64,000 nt of DNA, from IMG/VR virus record IMGVR_UViG_3300044675_005052; one strand, given 5' to 3'. Source of the DNA: a virus. Its lineage: Duplodnaviria; Caudoviricetes. The position numbers were made by a program, and so were the translations under genes. Shown here one piece after another: positions 36,581 through 46,738 of this stretch; positions within the stretch are counted from its first letter, which is position 1, and each line of letters begins with the position of its first letter. Below the pieces are notes generated by a model, which did not search any database, was not told where the DNA came from, and saw nothing but the letters and a program-made list of their open reading frames with translations.

Positions 36581-38437
36581 ATGGGAAAAATTATTGGAAT
36601 TGACTTAGGAACAACTAACTCGTGTGTATCCGTAATGGAGGGTAACGAACCTGTTGTAATAGCAAATTCAGAAGGAAAAAGAACAACACCTTCAATCATT
36701 GGATTCATCAACGAATCAGAAAGAAAAGTTGGTGACCCAGCAAAAAGACAAGCGGTAACCAATCCGACTAAAACCATTTCTTCTATCAAACGTTTTATGG
36801 GGTCAACCTATGACGAAAGTAAAACTGAAATTGGGAAAGTGCCTTACTCTGTTGTAAAAGAAGGTTCTCAACCAAGAGTTGAAATTGACGATAGAAAATA
36901 TTCACCACAAGAATTATCGGCTATCATCTTACAAAAGATGAAACAAACTGCTGAAGATTATTTAGGTGAATCAGTAACTGATGCGGTTATTACCGTACCG
37001 GCTTACTTTAACGATGCCCAACGTCAGGCTACAAAAGAGGCGGGTGAAATTGCCGGATTAAATGTTCGTCGTATTATCAACGAACCAACCGCGGCGGCTC
37101 TTGCATATGGTCTTGACAAAAAAGGGGATAGTAAAATCGTAGTATTTGACTGCGGTGGGGGAACTCACGACGTATCCGTATTGGATTTAGGTGGTGGTGT
37201 ATTTGAGGTATTATCTACCGATGGTGACACACACTTAGGAGGGGACGACTTTGACCGAGTAATCATTGATTATTTAGTTGAGGAGTTCAAAAACGAGAAT
37301 GGAATTGATATTTCTCAAGATGCGATGGCGTTACAAAGGTTAAGAGAAGGTGCTGAGAAAGCGAAGGTTGAATTATCTTCATCATCTCAAACCGAGATTA
37401 ACTTACCTTATTTAACTGCTGACGCAACCGGACCAAAACACTTGGTTAAAACTTTAACAAGAGCTAAGTTTGAACAACTTGCTGACGACTTAATCAAACG
37501 AACTATCGCACCTTGTAAATCAGCGTTGAAAAATGCTAAATTGAAAGTTGGTGATATTGACGAGGTTATTTTAGTTGGTGGTACAACAAGAATACCTGCT
37601 ATTCAAAACGCGGTAAAAGAGTTCTTCGGTAAAGAACCATCAAAAGGTGTGAATCCGGATGAGGTAGTTGCTTTAGGGGCCGCTATTCAAGGGGGAGTAT
37701 TAGCTGGTGATGTAAAAGACGTGTTGTTATTAGACGTAACACCATTATCTTTGGGTATTGAAACAATGGGTGGTGTATTGACTCGTTTAATTGAAGCAAA
37801 CACAACAATCCCAACCAAAAAATCACAGGTATTCTCAACAGCTGTTGATAACCAACCTTCAGTTGAAATCCACGTCTTACAAGGAGAGAGACCAATGGCG
37901 AAAGACAACAGAACAATTGGTAGATTCCATTTAGATGGATTACCACCAGCAATGAGAGGAGTTCCACAAATTGAAGTGGTCTTTGATATTGATGCGAATG
38001 GTATTATTAATGTTTCTGCGGTTGATAAAGCCACAAACAAAACACAATCAATTAGAATTGAGGCTTCTTCAGGTTTATCTAAAGAAGAGATTGAGAAAAT
38101 GAAGGCTGAAGCTGAAGAAAATGCTGAGGCGGACAAAAAAGTTAGAGAAGATGTTGACACATTAAACTCGGCGGACAATTTAATTTTCCAAACAAGTAAA
38201 TCTTTAACTGATTTAGAGGATAAGATTTCTGAAGAACAAAAAACAGAAATAACAACTATTCTTGATAAATTGAAAGAATCACATTCTAATAAAGATGTTG
38301 AAAGTTGTAAAACACTTATGGAAGAACTAACCCAAAAGTTCCAAACCATCACTCAGGATTTATACAATAGTGTAAATGAAAGTGAAACAGATATAAATGC
38401 TTCAGATGTTGAATTTGAAGAAGTTAAATCTGAATAA
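36581..38437 (+). CDS. dnaK: Chaperone DnaK (Hsp70)
   Basis: [24 protein letters not shown] variant, [11 protein letters not shown]; ends DVEFEEVK. Confidence 0.98.
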   Translation: MGKIIGIDLGTTNSCVSVMEGNEPVVIANSEGKRTTPSIIGFINESERKVGDPAKRQAVTNPTKTISSIKRFMGSTYDESKTEIGKVPYSVVKEGSQPRVEIDDRKYSPQELSAIILQKMKQTAEDYLGESVTDAVITVPAYFNDAQRQATKEAGEIAGLNVRRIINEPTAAALAYGLDKKGDSKIVVFDCGGGTHDVSVLDLGGGVFEVLSTDGDTHLGGDDFDRVIIDYLVEEFKNENGIDISQDAMALQRLREGAEKAKVELSSSSQTEINLPYLTADATGPKHLVKTLTRAKFEQLADDLIKRTIAPCKSALKNAKLKVGDIDEVILVGGTTRIPAIQNAVKEFFGKEPSKGVNPDEVVALGAAIQGGVLAGDVKDVLLLDVTPLSLGIETMGGVLTRLIEANTTIPTKKSQVFSTAVDNQPSVEIHVLQGERPMAKDNRTIGRFHLDGLPPAMRGVPQIEVVFDIDANGIINVSAVDKATNKTQSIRIEASSGLSKEEIEKMKAEAEENAEADKKVREDVDTLNSADNLIFQTSKSLTDLEDKISEEQKTEITTILDKLKESHSNKDVESCKTLMEELTQKFQTITQDLYNSVNESETDINASDVEFEEVKSE

Positions 38438-38459
38438 CATTTTACAATAATGTTTTTTT

Positions 38460-38490
38460 AATCCCAATAATTTTTTTATTGGGATTTTTT
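38460..38490 (+). terminator. Terminator after dnaK
   Basis: aatcccaataa/ttattgggatt plus T-run. Confidence 0.75.
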
Positions 38491-38517
38491 GTTTATCTTT
38501 GTCTAAAATAAATTTAT

Positions 38518-38691
38518 ATGGCAAAATCAAAATTTATCGTTGTAAAAAACAAATCCACGCAGATGATTGTGGAGCGTATTGGATGTGAACATTTGTATAA
38601 TAATTTTCAGATTGGTTATGAGGCGGGAAAACTTTCCGGGAAATACTCTGAAGATGAATATATGATTTATTTGGAAGAATCAAAAAAATAA
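38518..38691 (+). CDS. Small hypothetical protein (57 aa), not in ORF track
   Basis: TATCTTTG 38494-38501 upstream; MAKSKFIVVKNK...*. Confidence 0.6.
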   Translation: MAKSKFIVVKNKSTQMIVERIGCEHLYNNFQIGYEAGKLSGKYSEDEYMIYLEESKK

Positions 38692-38695
38692 GATT

Positions 38696-39442
38696 ATGAA
38701 AAATATATTTTTAATACCCACTCCAAATGAGAGTAGATTGTGGAGGGACTTGGATTCCAATAAATTGAGGTTTGATAATATATCAACACCCAATAGTAAC
38801 GAATGTACCAAGTGTTCCAATGAGTATATGTATATTACTACTGATAGTAAATTTGTTAGAGACGAATATATTACCGATGGAATTGAGGTGATTAAAGCAA
38901 CCCCAAAGTTGGTTAATGCTCAAGGTTTGGTTGATAGAAGAGATTGGAAGAAAATCCTTATGACGACTGACCCGGAATTGATTAAAGATGGTGTTCATCC
39001 GATTGGTGAGGATTTCCTTCAATGGTTTGTGGAGAATCCAACTTGTATTAAAGTTGAGGTTGTTTATGGACTCTTTAACCCTATGGGAAGACAAGTTGAC
39101 CCAAATGATTTAGGTCAGAATCATTCTAAATGTGTTTGGAAATACAAAATAATCACAACAAAAGAAGAACAAAAACAACATCTAATTGATATGATGAAAT
39201 CTGATGAAGAATTGGGGTTATATGATGAATCCCGAGAAATCAAATTTGAAGATGTCTTTAATGATGAGAAAAGAGAAGGAGTTAAAAGAGTAATCCTTCA
39301 ACATAAAGTTCTACAAGGTTTAAGTTTAATTAACCCCCTCCATTTACGAATGACGGATAATGGTCACGGAGAATTTCCGGATGGTTATAAATTAACTGAA
39401 AAAGGTATTCAATATATTATTGAACAATTAAACAAAGAATAA
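38696..39442 (+). CDS. Conserved Bacteroidota-phage hypothetical protein
   Basis: KKILMTTDPELIKDGV...FLQWFVENP.C motif recalled from flavobacterial phages. Confidence 0.7.
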   Translation: MKNIFLIPTPNESRLWRDLDSNKLRFDNISTPNSNECTKCSNEYMYITTDSKFVRDEYITDGIEVIKATPKLVNAQGLVDRRDWKKILMTTDPELIKDGVHPIGEDFLQWFVENPTCIKVEVVYGLFNPMGRQVDPNDLGQNHSKCVWKYKIITTKEEQKQHLIDMMKSDEELGLYDESREIKFEDVFNDEKREGVKRVILQHKVLQGLSLINPLHLRMTDNGHGEFPDGYKLTEKGIQYIIEQLNKE

Positions 39443-39579
39443 TGCCGGAAAATAATGAAAACGATTGGGAAGAAATCTTATTTGATTTTATAGATTTTTA
39501 CCCGTGTATTTTACCCCACGAATTATTTGAATGGTTGGAGGAAAATTACGAAATACCAAAGAAAAAAGATGGAAGATAA
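39442..39579 (+). CDS. Small hypothetical protein (45 aa), not in ORF track
   Basis: TAATG coupling; MPENNENDWEEIL...*. Confidence 0.55.
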   Translation: MPENNENDWEEILFDFIDFYPCILPHELFEWLEENYEIPKKKDGR

Positions 39580-39781
39580 TCAATACACCATTATATACAG
39601 AAATCAAAAATACGAATTAGACACAGAGTATTGGGACGAAACAAGTGTTAATAGTAGCAGAGAATTTCAACTAAAACAACTCAACTACTGTTTGGAGATA
39701 GGAGATTTTATTACTTTAGAAAATAGAATAAACAATATGTTAAAGTGGGGAGGTATAAAAAAAATAAAAGATGGAAAATAG
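39569..39781 (+). CDS. Hypothetical protein
   Basis: Start reassigned to ATG 39569. Confidence 0.6.
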   Translation: MEDNQYTIIYRNQKYELDTEYWDETSVNSSREFQLKQLNYCLEIGDFITLENRINNMLKWGGIKKIKDGK

Positions 39782-39968
39782 ATTTTCAGTTCAAATAGAA
39801 AACAATGGTGATAAGTTCAAAACCTTATATGGATTTGAAATGAATAAAGATAAGGTTAATTTAGTTGAATTAACAAAGGAGGATTTTAACACCAAATATA
39901 TTATTGACGAACCTAATGATACTCACAAATGTATTGTTCCGGTTATAAAAAGAATATTAAATGGATAA
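39771..39968 (+). CDS. Hypothetical protein
   Basis: 65 aa ORF within operon. Confidence 0.6.
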   Translation: MENRFSVQIENNGDKFKTLYGFEMNKDKVNLVELTKEDFNTKYIIDEPNDTHKCIVPVIKRILNG

Positions 39969-40134
39969 TGGGTGGAATCCGGGGTATTATGATAAATGGG
40001 AGAATTTTCACCCCTACGAAAAGAAGTGGTATTGTACTAACAACAAGATAATCCACCAATCAGAAAAAGAAAAAAATAATTGTAAACATTGTATAGAATA
40101 TGAAAACATACACAAAAGGAAACGTAATAGTTGA
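39961..40134 (+). CDS. Small Cys/His protein (57 aa), not in ORF track
   Basis: C...H...CxxC pattern, possible zinc binding. Confidence 0.5.
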   Translation: MDNGWNPGYYDKWENFHPYEKKWYCTNNKIIHQSEKEKNNCKHCIEYENIHKRKRNS

Positions 40135-40357
40135 GGAGATTAAAGTTGGTGATATTCATTATGAATATGAGTTGGGTGTTGGTATTAAATGTGAGGTAAC
40201 AACATTACCAACATTAAATGAAACCGGTCAATACATTTGGGAAAGTAAGAATCTGAAGACGGGTAATATTATCCAATATTTGGTTGACCCAAAATATTCA
40301 CATTACTCAGCGAATCTATATGATTACGAAGCGTATAAAGTTAATACCTATATATAA
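40100..40357 (+). CDS. Hypothetical protein
   Basis: 85 aa ORF. Confidence 0.65.
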   Translation: MKTYTKGNVIVEEIKVGDIHYEYELGVGIKCEVTTLPTLNETGQYIWESKNLKTGNIIQYLVDPKYSHYSANLYDYEAYKVNTYI

Positions 40358-40358
40358 G

Positions 40359-40532
40359 ATGCAAAACACATTTACAATTGATGAAATTAGAAAGTATATC
40401 CTATCACAGGATAGCTTGGGGGATGTCCTATACAATTTAAGTGTCTCAAAAATACTTGAGGCAAATGAACCGGAAGAGGAGGAAGAAGATGAGGATGATG
40501 AAGACGATTTTAATTTTGAAATAAGAATATGA
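40359..40532 (+). CDS. Small protein with acidic tail
   Basis: Start at ATG 40359; EPEEEEEDEDDEDD. Confidence 0.65.
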   Translation: MQNTFTIDEIRKYILSQDSLGDVLYNLSVSKILEANEPEEEEEDEDDEDDFNFEIRI

Positions 40533-41095
40533 AAGTAATATTTTTGGATAACGATGGTGTTATCTGTTTGGCGAATAATTGGGGGAGTCGTGCTAATAAA
40601 CGAAAAAAAGATAAAATATCTTTGGTGATGAATGACCCTGATGTTGAGGTGAAATATCGTTTTGATTATTTTGACAAAAAGGCAATCAAGGTATTGAATC
40701 AGGTATTAGAAGAAACCGGAGCAGAAATCGTTGTGTCTTCCGATTGGAGATTATATGCCAATTTAGAAGAACTTGGTGAATATTACCTTTCAGAAGGAAT
40801 CGTCAAAAAACCAATCGGTGTTACCAAACGTTATTTTGATTGTGATAGTCCTGACGAATACGAATGGAATCGAAATGCAAAATATGAACAACAAAGATGT
40901 TTAGAGGTTAAACAATATTTAACCGACCACCCTGAAATTACACATTGGGTTTGTATTGATGATTTAACATTAGGTTTGGAATCAAATGGTTTGGAACAAA
41001 AGTGGGGTTTATCTAACTTTGTTCATACACCAAGAGATAATGAAGGAATCAAACAATCAGGTGTTAAAGAAAAATTGTTGGAATACTTAAAATAA
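40529..41095 (+). CDS. HAD-superfamily phosphatase, HAD_SAK (RNA-repair-associated) type
   Basis: FLDNDGV, IVVSSDWR, WVCIDD motifs. Confidence 0.8.
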   Translation: MKVIFLDNDGVICLANNWGSRANKRKKDKISLVMNDPDVEVKYRFDYFDKKAIKVLNQVLEETGAEIVVSSDWRLYANLEELGEYYLSEGIVKKPIGVTKRYFDCDSPDEYEWNRNAKYEQQRCLEVKQYLTDHPEITHWVCIDDLTLGLESNGLEQKWGLSNFVHTPRDNEGIKQSGVKEKLLEYLK

Positions 41096-41155
41096 AGTAA
41101 TAATTTATTTGGTTGGTATTATATTAATGATTACTTTTGTATAAAATAATTAGAT

Positions 41156-41392
41156 ATGAAAAAAGAAGCTTTAACGATGTTCAAAAAAATATTTAGACCA
41201 AAATTATACGATAAGGAAATGCGTGAAAAATTATTGGAGTTATTTGATGAGTTATTTGATGATGATAGTGAAATCAATGAGCGAATTGAAGTAATTAATG
41301 AATATAATGTTGATGATTTATTAGACAAAATAAATAAGTCCGGTGTAAAATCATTAACTACCGATGAATTAGATTTCCTTAATAATCAATAA
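41156..41392 (+). CDS. Hypothetical protein with DUF6576-like C-terminus
   Basis: VDDLLDKINKSG..SLT..E..FL; TACTTTTG at 41132-41139. Confidence 0.6.
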   Translation: MKKEALTMFKKIFRPKLYDKEMREKLLELFDELFDDDSEINERIEVINEYNVDDLLDKINKSGVKSLTTDELDFLNNQ

Positions 41393-41421
41393 AAAACCCC
41401 CTCGTTAAAGGGGGGTAATTT

Positions 41422-41694
41422 TTACTCTTGACTTGTAGCGTCTTTAACTTTTTTCTTTGTTGCAGTGAATTTATCTACTGAAGATAATCCTAAACAACCA
41501 AAAGCTAATAATGCAACCGCGTCTACTAAATAAGGTGCCGGTGCAACGTCAACTGTTGAGAAACTATTGTGATACATAGTAATACAAAGTGTTATTGCAC
41601 ATAGAATACCAACAAATCTTTTTGATGATACTACACCATGTTCGTCAGTGAACAATCCTTTAATTCCCCCATAAATGCTTGAGAAAAAACCCAT
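41422..41694 (-). CDS. Two-TM holin-like membrane protein
   Basis: SSKRFVG motif and two TM helices. Confidence 0.6.
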   Translation of the reverse strand: MGFFSSIYGGIKGLFTDEHGVVSSKRFVGILCAITLCITMYHNSFSTVDVAPAPYLVDAVALLAFGCLGLSSVDKFTATKKKVKDATSQE

Positions 41695-41723
41695 AATTTT
41701 TAGTTTTAATAATTTATGGTAAA

Positions 41724-41858
41724 TTAACGTCCTTGACCCCTGTAGTTCTTTTCAGACCTGTCGTGTTTGTTTCTTGATTTTCTGTGTTTACCGGAAACTT
41801 TTTTCTTGTTAAAAGAAATTTTAGTACTTGAAGATGAACCTGATTTAGGTTTAGTCAT
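41724..41858 (-). CDS. Small basic protein ending YRGQGR (44 aa), not in ORF track
   Basis: MTKPKSGSSSSTKISFNKKKVSGKHRKSRNKHDRSEKNYRGQGR*; ATATTTAT on minus strand at 41893-41900. Confidence 0.7.
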   Translation of the reverse strand: MTKPKSGSSSSTKISFNKKKVSGKHRKSRNKHDRSEKNYRGQGR

Positions 41859-41994
41859 TTTGTTAAGGTTTTAATCGTTTATTTACTCAATTATAAATAT
41901 CTGAAAAAATAAAAAAGGGGATGATAGCGAATCTCCCCTTTAATTTGTTACCATCACTGATAACGGTCCTAAACGTCCCCAATGACGGGGTATA

Positions 41995-42507
41995 TTATTT
42001 CTCCTTAACTAATACCAAACATCTTTTCAGATATTCTTTCGCTCTTGGAGATGGGTCTTTGTGCGCCAACACTTTTTCAATGTCTTTAACTAAATCTTCC
42101 CCGTGTTCGTTCTCTTTATAAAGTTCAATTACTTTATCCATGGCTTTAATACAACCATTATTTGTTTCGTCGTGGAAATTTTTATTTCTAAATTTGTTTA
42201 AGTGATTCATTAAATTATAAGATAAATGTTCACCATTATCTTTAATGTTTGAATGTAAACGTAATGTTCTTAACATATCTAATGTATCAACCATTCCGTT
42301 AATACCACCATCACGTTTTAAAACACCTGATGCGTAATCACTAAAGTTATCAGAAGGACCAACAAGTTCGTCTAGTGGCATTACATTTCCAGCAACACAT
42401 CTTTGTTTTTCTTCTCTATTATCTTTTGCTCCGGTTTCAGATTGTTCCAACAAATGTTTTCTAACTGATTTACGAAGTTCGTTTTCGTTTATTTGTATTT
42501 TTTTCAT
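41995..42507 (-). CDS. Leader-bearing (MKKIQINE) hypothetical protein
   Basis: Leader ...HLLE; ATATTTAT on minus strand at 42528-42535. Confidence 0.75.
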   Translation of the reverse strand: MKKIQINENELRKSVRKHLLEQSETGAKDNREEKQRCVAGNVMPLDELVGPSDNFSDYASGVLKRDGGINGMVDTLDMLRTLRLHSNIKDNGEHLSYNLMNHLNKFRNKNFHDETNNGCIKAMDKVIELYKENEHGEDLVKDIEKVLAHKDPSPRAKEYLKRCLVLVKEK

Positions 42508-42543
42508 AACAGAAATGTTTTTATACTATAAATATAAGGATAA

Positions 42544-42693
42544 CTATAATTCTTCATCCTTTAATTCTATTATTTTTCGTTTAACTAACTCTAATGTTGA
42601 GTAAGCGACTAATTGTGATATTTCAAAATCGCCATCAGGGAACTTATTTTGTTCTTCCTCAACCCATTCTAATAATTTTTCGTAACATTCCAT
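42544..42693 (-). CDS. Small acidic protein (49 aa), not in ORF track
   Basis: MECYEKLLEWVEEEQ...*. Confidence 0.5.
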   Translation of the reverse strand: MECYEKLLEWVEEEQNKFPDGDFEISQLVAYSTLELVKRKIIELKDEEL

Positions 42694-42697
42694 ATGA

Positions 42698-43102
42698 TTA
42701 AATTTTAGAGTCAATTAAGGTTTGTATTTTTTTTCTACCCTTATCACCAATTGGAATTGGGTTTCCCCCTTCATCAATCATAACAAATTTTATATTTGTT
42801 CTTAAAACAATAACCTGATTACCGGTATAAACATTATGTGCTCTGGCTTCCATATATAAAGTAACAGATGTTGTTCCTATTAAAGATGGTTCACCATAGA
42901 TTTTAATTAATTGACCTTCTCTTGCAGGTTTTTCAAAAAAACATTTATCAATAGCTACTGTGACCATTCTTGGTGTGTCACATAATTGCATTGAATATCC
43001 CGCAGCGGCAGCGTCAATCCACGCGAGTAATTTCCCACCAAAAAGATTTCCGTGAAATCCCAAGTCGGATTTTTTAATTGGGTGTGTGTTTAATAATTCC
43101 AT
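42698..43102 (-). CDS. Acyl-CoA thioesterase (HotDog fold, YciA-like)
   Basis: HGNLFGGKLLAWID, VTVAID, GTTSV motifs. Confidence 0.88.
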   Translation of the reverse strand: MELLNTHPIKKSDLGFHGNLFGGKLLAWIDAAAAGYSMQLCDTPRMVTVAIDKCFFEKPAREGQLIKIYGEPSLIGTTSVTLYMEARAHNVYTGNQVIVLRTNIKFVMIDEGGNPIPIGDKGRKKIQTLIDSKI

Positions 43103-43167
43103 ATTTGAAATATAAGTAAAATTATAAACAAAAAAAACATTAATTGATTATTAAAGTATTTATAGAT

Positions 43168-44127
43168 ATGTTAACAGAAAAACAACTAAATAGAATTAAT
43201 AAACTATTATCAACCCGAACATTTAAGTTTAAAGGTCAAATAATTAATGATTTACCGGAATCAATGAATTCGGATATAGATTATAAATTTAAAATTAATG
43301 GTTATAAAAAAATGACTAGCGTTGGTGAGGAGTATGATTACGCTTTATTAAATGTTGTTATCACAGGACTAAATGATAGATTTAGTCAATTACTATTTAC
43401 ACCTGAAGACAATGAACAAGGTAAAATGATTGCTAAAAGTTTTGAAAATAGATTATATAAATTCTATTCAGAATTAAATTTGGCGATGACTAATTTTTTA
43501 CGTATCTTTGATGGAGATATTAGAACAACAATTGATAGTTTAACATTTGATGTTCCAAAACCAATAAATGAATCAAGAATGAGTAGATTAGCCATTAGAA
43601 CTGTTGTAAGAGATATTGTTAATGTTTTAAAAAATACTAAAGCTGGTGATTTTAGATTACCCGATGTTGAAGATGGTTCAGAATATCAATTTATTAATTT
43701 ACCTTTTGGGTTTAATGTAGATTTATTTGTTAAAATTGATAATGACGCTCCAAAATATAAAATGAATGGACAAACCACAGATAATGATGTGATTCAAATT
43801 TTAGTAATAATCAACCCTAAAACATTAAAGAATGATTTTTATAATATAATTGGTGAGTTGAATGAAATAGTCGCTCACGAATTAGAACACTTATATCAGG
43901 ATTATAGAGGGGAACGTAAAACTAAAACTCCAACAAAAAATTCTTTTAAATATTATACTCAACCACGCGAAATAAAAGCTCAAAGAGCCGGTTTTAGACG
44001 TATCGCAAAATTAAGAAAATTACCATTTAATGATGTGGTTAGAGATTGGTTTGAAGACCATAAAGAAATTCACCAAATGAATGACAATGAAGTGGATAAA
44101 GTGATACAAATAATTATTAATGGCTAA
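43168..44127 (+). CDS. Two-module protein with MLTE leader and C-terminal HExxH domain
   Basis: GTATTTAT upstream; internal PINE site; VAHELEH...EIKA. Confidence 0.7.
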   Translation: MLTEKQLNRINKLLSTRTFKFKGQIINDLPESMNSDIDYKFKINGYKKMTSVGEEYDYALLNVVITGLNDRFSQLLFTPEDNEQGKMIAKSFENRLYKFYSELNLAMTNFLRIFDGDIRTTIDSLTFDVPKPINESRMSRLAIRTVVRDIVNVLKNTKAGDFRLPDVEDGSEYQFINLPFGFNVDLFVKIDNDAPKYKMNGQTTDNDVIQILVIINPKTLKNDFYNIIGELNEIVAHELEHLYQDYRGERKTKTPTKNSFKYYTQPREIKAQRAGFRRIAKLRKLPFNDVVRDWFEDHKEIHQMNDNEVDKVIQIIING

Positions 44128-44902
44128 TAATACTCAAATAAAAGGTGTTATATCATATCTAATCCGATTAACTCATACCTCTGGTGCGTTTAGATTTAAA
44201 TTTGTTAATGTTGATGTTTTTAAAAAAATTAAAGGGCAACAATCTTACCCTGAAATCCATTATGACTTAGAAATTACCTCAAAACAATCGGACATACCTT
44301 ATTTGTGGGATTTTTTCCATTGTAAATCAACACACATAGTACAAGATGGGTGTGAAATGGTTGGTCTTGATTGGAAAGATTTTTTTAATAAAGTTAAGGA
44401 CATTTATTATAATGGTGAAAAAATAAATAGATACGGTGGAGATATCCCTCAGTCATTTATTAAGAAAGTATCAAAAGATATTGAAGAAAATACTCCAAAA
44501 CAAATATCTACACACTTCTTCTGTGAAGGGAAAAGAAAAGAATTAAAATTAAATATTAATGTTGAAGTTTCCGACATGTATATTGATGATGGTATTACCA
44601 CAAATGTTTCCGTATATTGTAATCAAGTATTAGTTGATAATAAACCATTAGAGAATATACCTAAAGACCTTGCAGAAACTATTGTTGGTTATATAAGTGA
44701 AGATGATAATCTTAGAAGTCCGTTAGATGGGATTGTTTGGGATGAAATCACTCAGTATATGGATTTAGCCGATTGTGAGATATGGACCCATACCTACGCA
44801 AACATTAGAAACATCGGTGATACAGAAATTGAAGATTTTAACTATACCAATCATTCAACATTTTCAAGTAAATTATGTGATTTTATTTCCGGAGATTATT
44901 AA
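44120..44902 (+). CDS. Hypothetical protein
   Basis: 260 aa ORF overlapping the upstream stop. Confidence 0.7.
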   Translation: MANNTQIKGVISYLIRLTHTSGAFRFKFVNVDVFKKIKGQQSYPEIHYDLEITSKQSDIPYLWDFFHCKSTHIVQDGCEMVGLDWKDFFNKVKDIYYNGEKINRYGGDIPQSFIKKVSKDIEENTPKQISTHFFCEGKRKELKLNINVEVSDMYIDDGITTNVSVYCNQVLVDNKPLENIPKDLAETIVGYISEDDNLRSPLDGIVWDEITQYMDLADCEIWTHTYANIRNIGDTEIEDFNYTNHSTFSSKLCDFISGDY

Positions 44903-45528
44903 TCTTTAAATCTTTTAATAAGTTTTGTTATTAAATCTCTTACAACAATTCCTGATAAACTAACGATACCGCTACCAACAATTCTCAATGCGATTTCTTT
45001 TGCGTCAGAAACATTTATTTCATGACTTTTAACCATATTGAATAACATAAGTAAAATTGGTACGATAAATGCGTATGACATCATTTTTGATACTTTAAAG
45101 AATGTGATGTTTAAACTTTCTAAAAATTTAAACAAAGTATCTTTTAATTCGTTTGATTTTTTTAACCCAAGTTTAAATGCGTCGGATAAACCATCCTCTT
45201 TAATTTTTTGTAATATTTTTTCAATCTCTTTTTTGTTGTCCAAATAATGTATCGAAATAATACCTGTTAATATTAAACTTAATTCAACCTCAGATATTTC
45301 AGGGTATCTACCTTGAATAAACTCCCCAATAGGTGCGATGAATCCTCCAATACTAGCACCCCAAGTTATAAGAAACTCAAGATTAAGTCCATAATCTTTC
45401 TTTACATCAGACAATACTTTTGCAGTGTATTCGTATCCTTCCTCAATGGATTTTCTAATATTGTCAACAATAGATTCTTTAAGAATTATTCTTTTTTGAC
45501 TTTCATTTATTAATAATGTGGTTTTCAT
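44899..45528 (-). CDS. Leader-bearing (MKTTLLINE) protein with hydrophobic helices
   Basis: Leader ...ILKE; several hydrophobic segments. Confidence 0.7.
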   Translation of the reverse strand: MKTTLLINESQKRIILKESIVDNIRKSIEEGYEYTAKVLSDVKKDYGLNLEFLITWGASIGGFIAPIGEFIQGRYPEISEVELSLILTGIISIHYLDNKKEIEKILQKIKEDGLSDAFKLGLKKSNELKDTLFKFLESLNITFFKVSKMMSYAFIVPILLMLFNMVKSHEINVSDAKEIALRIVGSGIVSLSGIVVRDLITKLIKRFKD

Positions 45529-45578
45529 ACAATAATAAATACTTTAAATATATTTATTGTTAAATAATTTTATTAAAT

Positions 45579-46160
45579 ATGATTAATCCGGAATTAAAAA
45601 AAGGTGATAGAATAATTTTATTACATATGTCAGGAGAAAGTTCTGTACCTGATGGTACTCACGGGACGGTATATAGTGTTGATAAGGTATTCGGTGACGT
45701 ACAATATGGTGTTGAATGGGATAATGGTAGTAAATTAGCGTTATTGTCTGACACAGATATGTGGGATAAAGAAGAAAGATTTAAAGTTAAGAAAAAAATC
45801 ACTGAAGATAGAGATAAATTTATTATGGACAATATTGATTTGTTCAAATATTTTAACATTAAATTTTTAAAAAAATACCTATTAATGGTTAGAGCTTCCG
45901 GTATAACAAATATGTATGGTGCCGGTCCATACCTATATATGGGTAGTGATAGAATTAAACACGAATTTAAATACAAAGATGTTCCTAATGAAGACGCGTT
46001 TGAAGAAATGTTGGAACACTCTGACCAAGCTCAAGCAGAAATGATTAACGGGGTTATAAACTATTTAAATGATAAGGGGATTGAAGAAGATATGTCTAGT
46101 ATAAACAGATACCTACAGAGGTTATCAACCAAGATTATTCAAACATATACCCTTTTATAA
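45579..46160 (+). CDS. DUF4314-like domain protein
   Basis: GDRI.L..M...GT.GTV..VD...VEWDNGS.L.L motif; ATATTTAT 45550-45557. Confidence 0.7.
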   Translation: MINPELKKGDRIILLHMSGESSVPDGTHGTVYSVDKVFGDVQYGVEWDNGSKLALLSDTDMWDKEERFKVKKKITEDRDKFIMDNIDLFKYFNIKFLKKYLLMVRASGITNMYGAGPYLYMGSDRIKHEFKYKDVPNEDAFEEMLEHSDQAQAEMINGVINYLNDKGIEEDMSSINRYLQRLSTKIIQTYTLL

Positions 46161-46195
46161 TACATAAACATATTTATATATAAAAACAAATTAAT

Positions 46196-46723
46196 ATGAA
46201 AAATTTATTTAATGATATTTCTCAAGATGAGAAAAATAGAATTTTAGAGATGCACTCAGCTAAAAAGAATATAATTTCTGAACAAAATCCACTATTAGGT
46301 GGAACACGTCGAACACCTACTCCAACACGACCAAATAGACCATCACAAAACCAAAGGGTAGCACCACCACAACCTATTAAAGAACTTAAAGTTGGTACAA
46401 TAATTAATATCTATGATGACCCAACATTAACATCTCAACCGGTTGTTAGTGGTCCTGTTGAAAAAATGAGTAATAATGGTGTAAAGGGTGTTCGAATCGA
46501 ATTATCAGATAGAATGGGTGTAGTTACATTTAAATGTGGGCAACCGTTCCTTGAGTTTTTTATTGAAGATAAACTTTCTGAAACAGATAAATTTTTTAAT
46601 CCTGAATTGGTCCAAACATTAACTACACAATTTTGTACTAAAAATTCAAGTGGTATTATGGTACCAAAAGCGGCTTTTGCAATGAATAATCAATCAACAG
46701 ATACTACAACAGGTATTGCTTAA
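46196..46723 (+). CDS. Leader-bearing (ISQDEKNRILEMH) protein with P/R/T linker
   Basis: ATATTTAT 46170-46177; leader subtype shared with 2835 and 46739. Confidence 0.75.
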   Translation: MKNLFNDISQDEKNRILEMHSAKKNIISEQNPLLGGTRRTPTPTRPNRPSQNQRVAPPQPIKELKVGTIINIYDDPTLTSQPVVSGPVEKMSNNGVKGVRIELSDRMGVVTFKCGQPFLEFFIEDKLSETDKFFNPELVQTLTTQFCTKNSSGIMVPKAAFAMNNQSTDTTTGIA

Positions 46724-46738
46724 TACAAAACAAACAAT

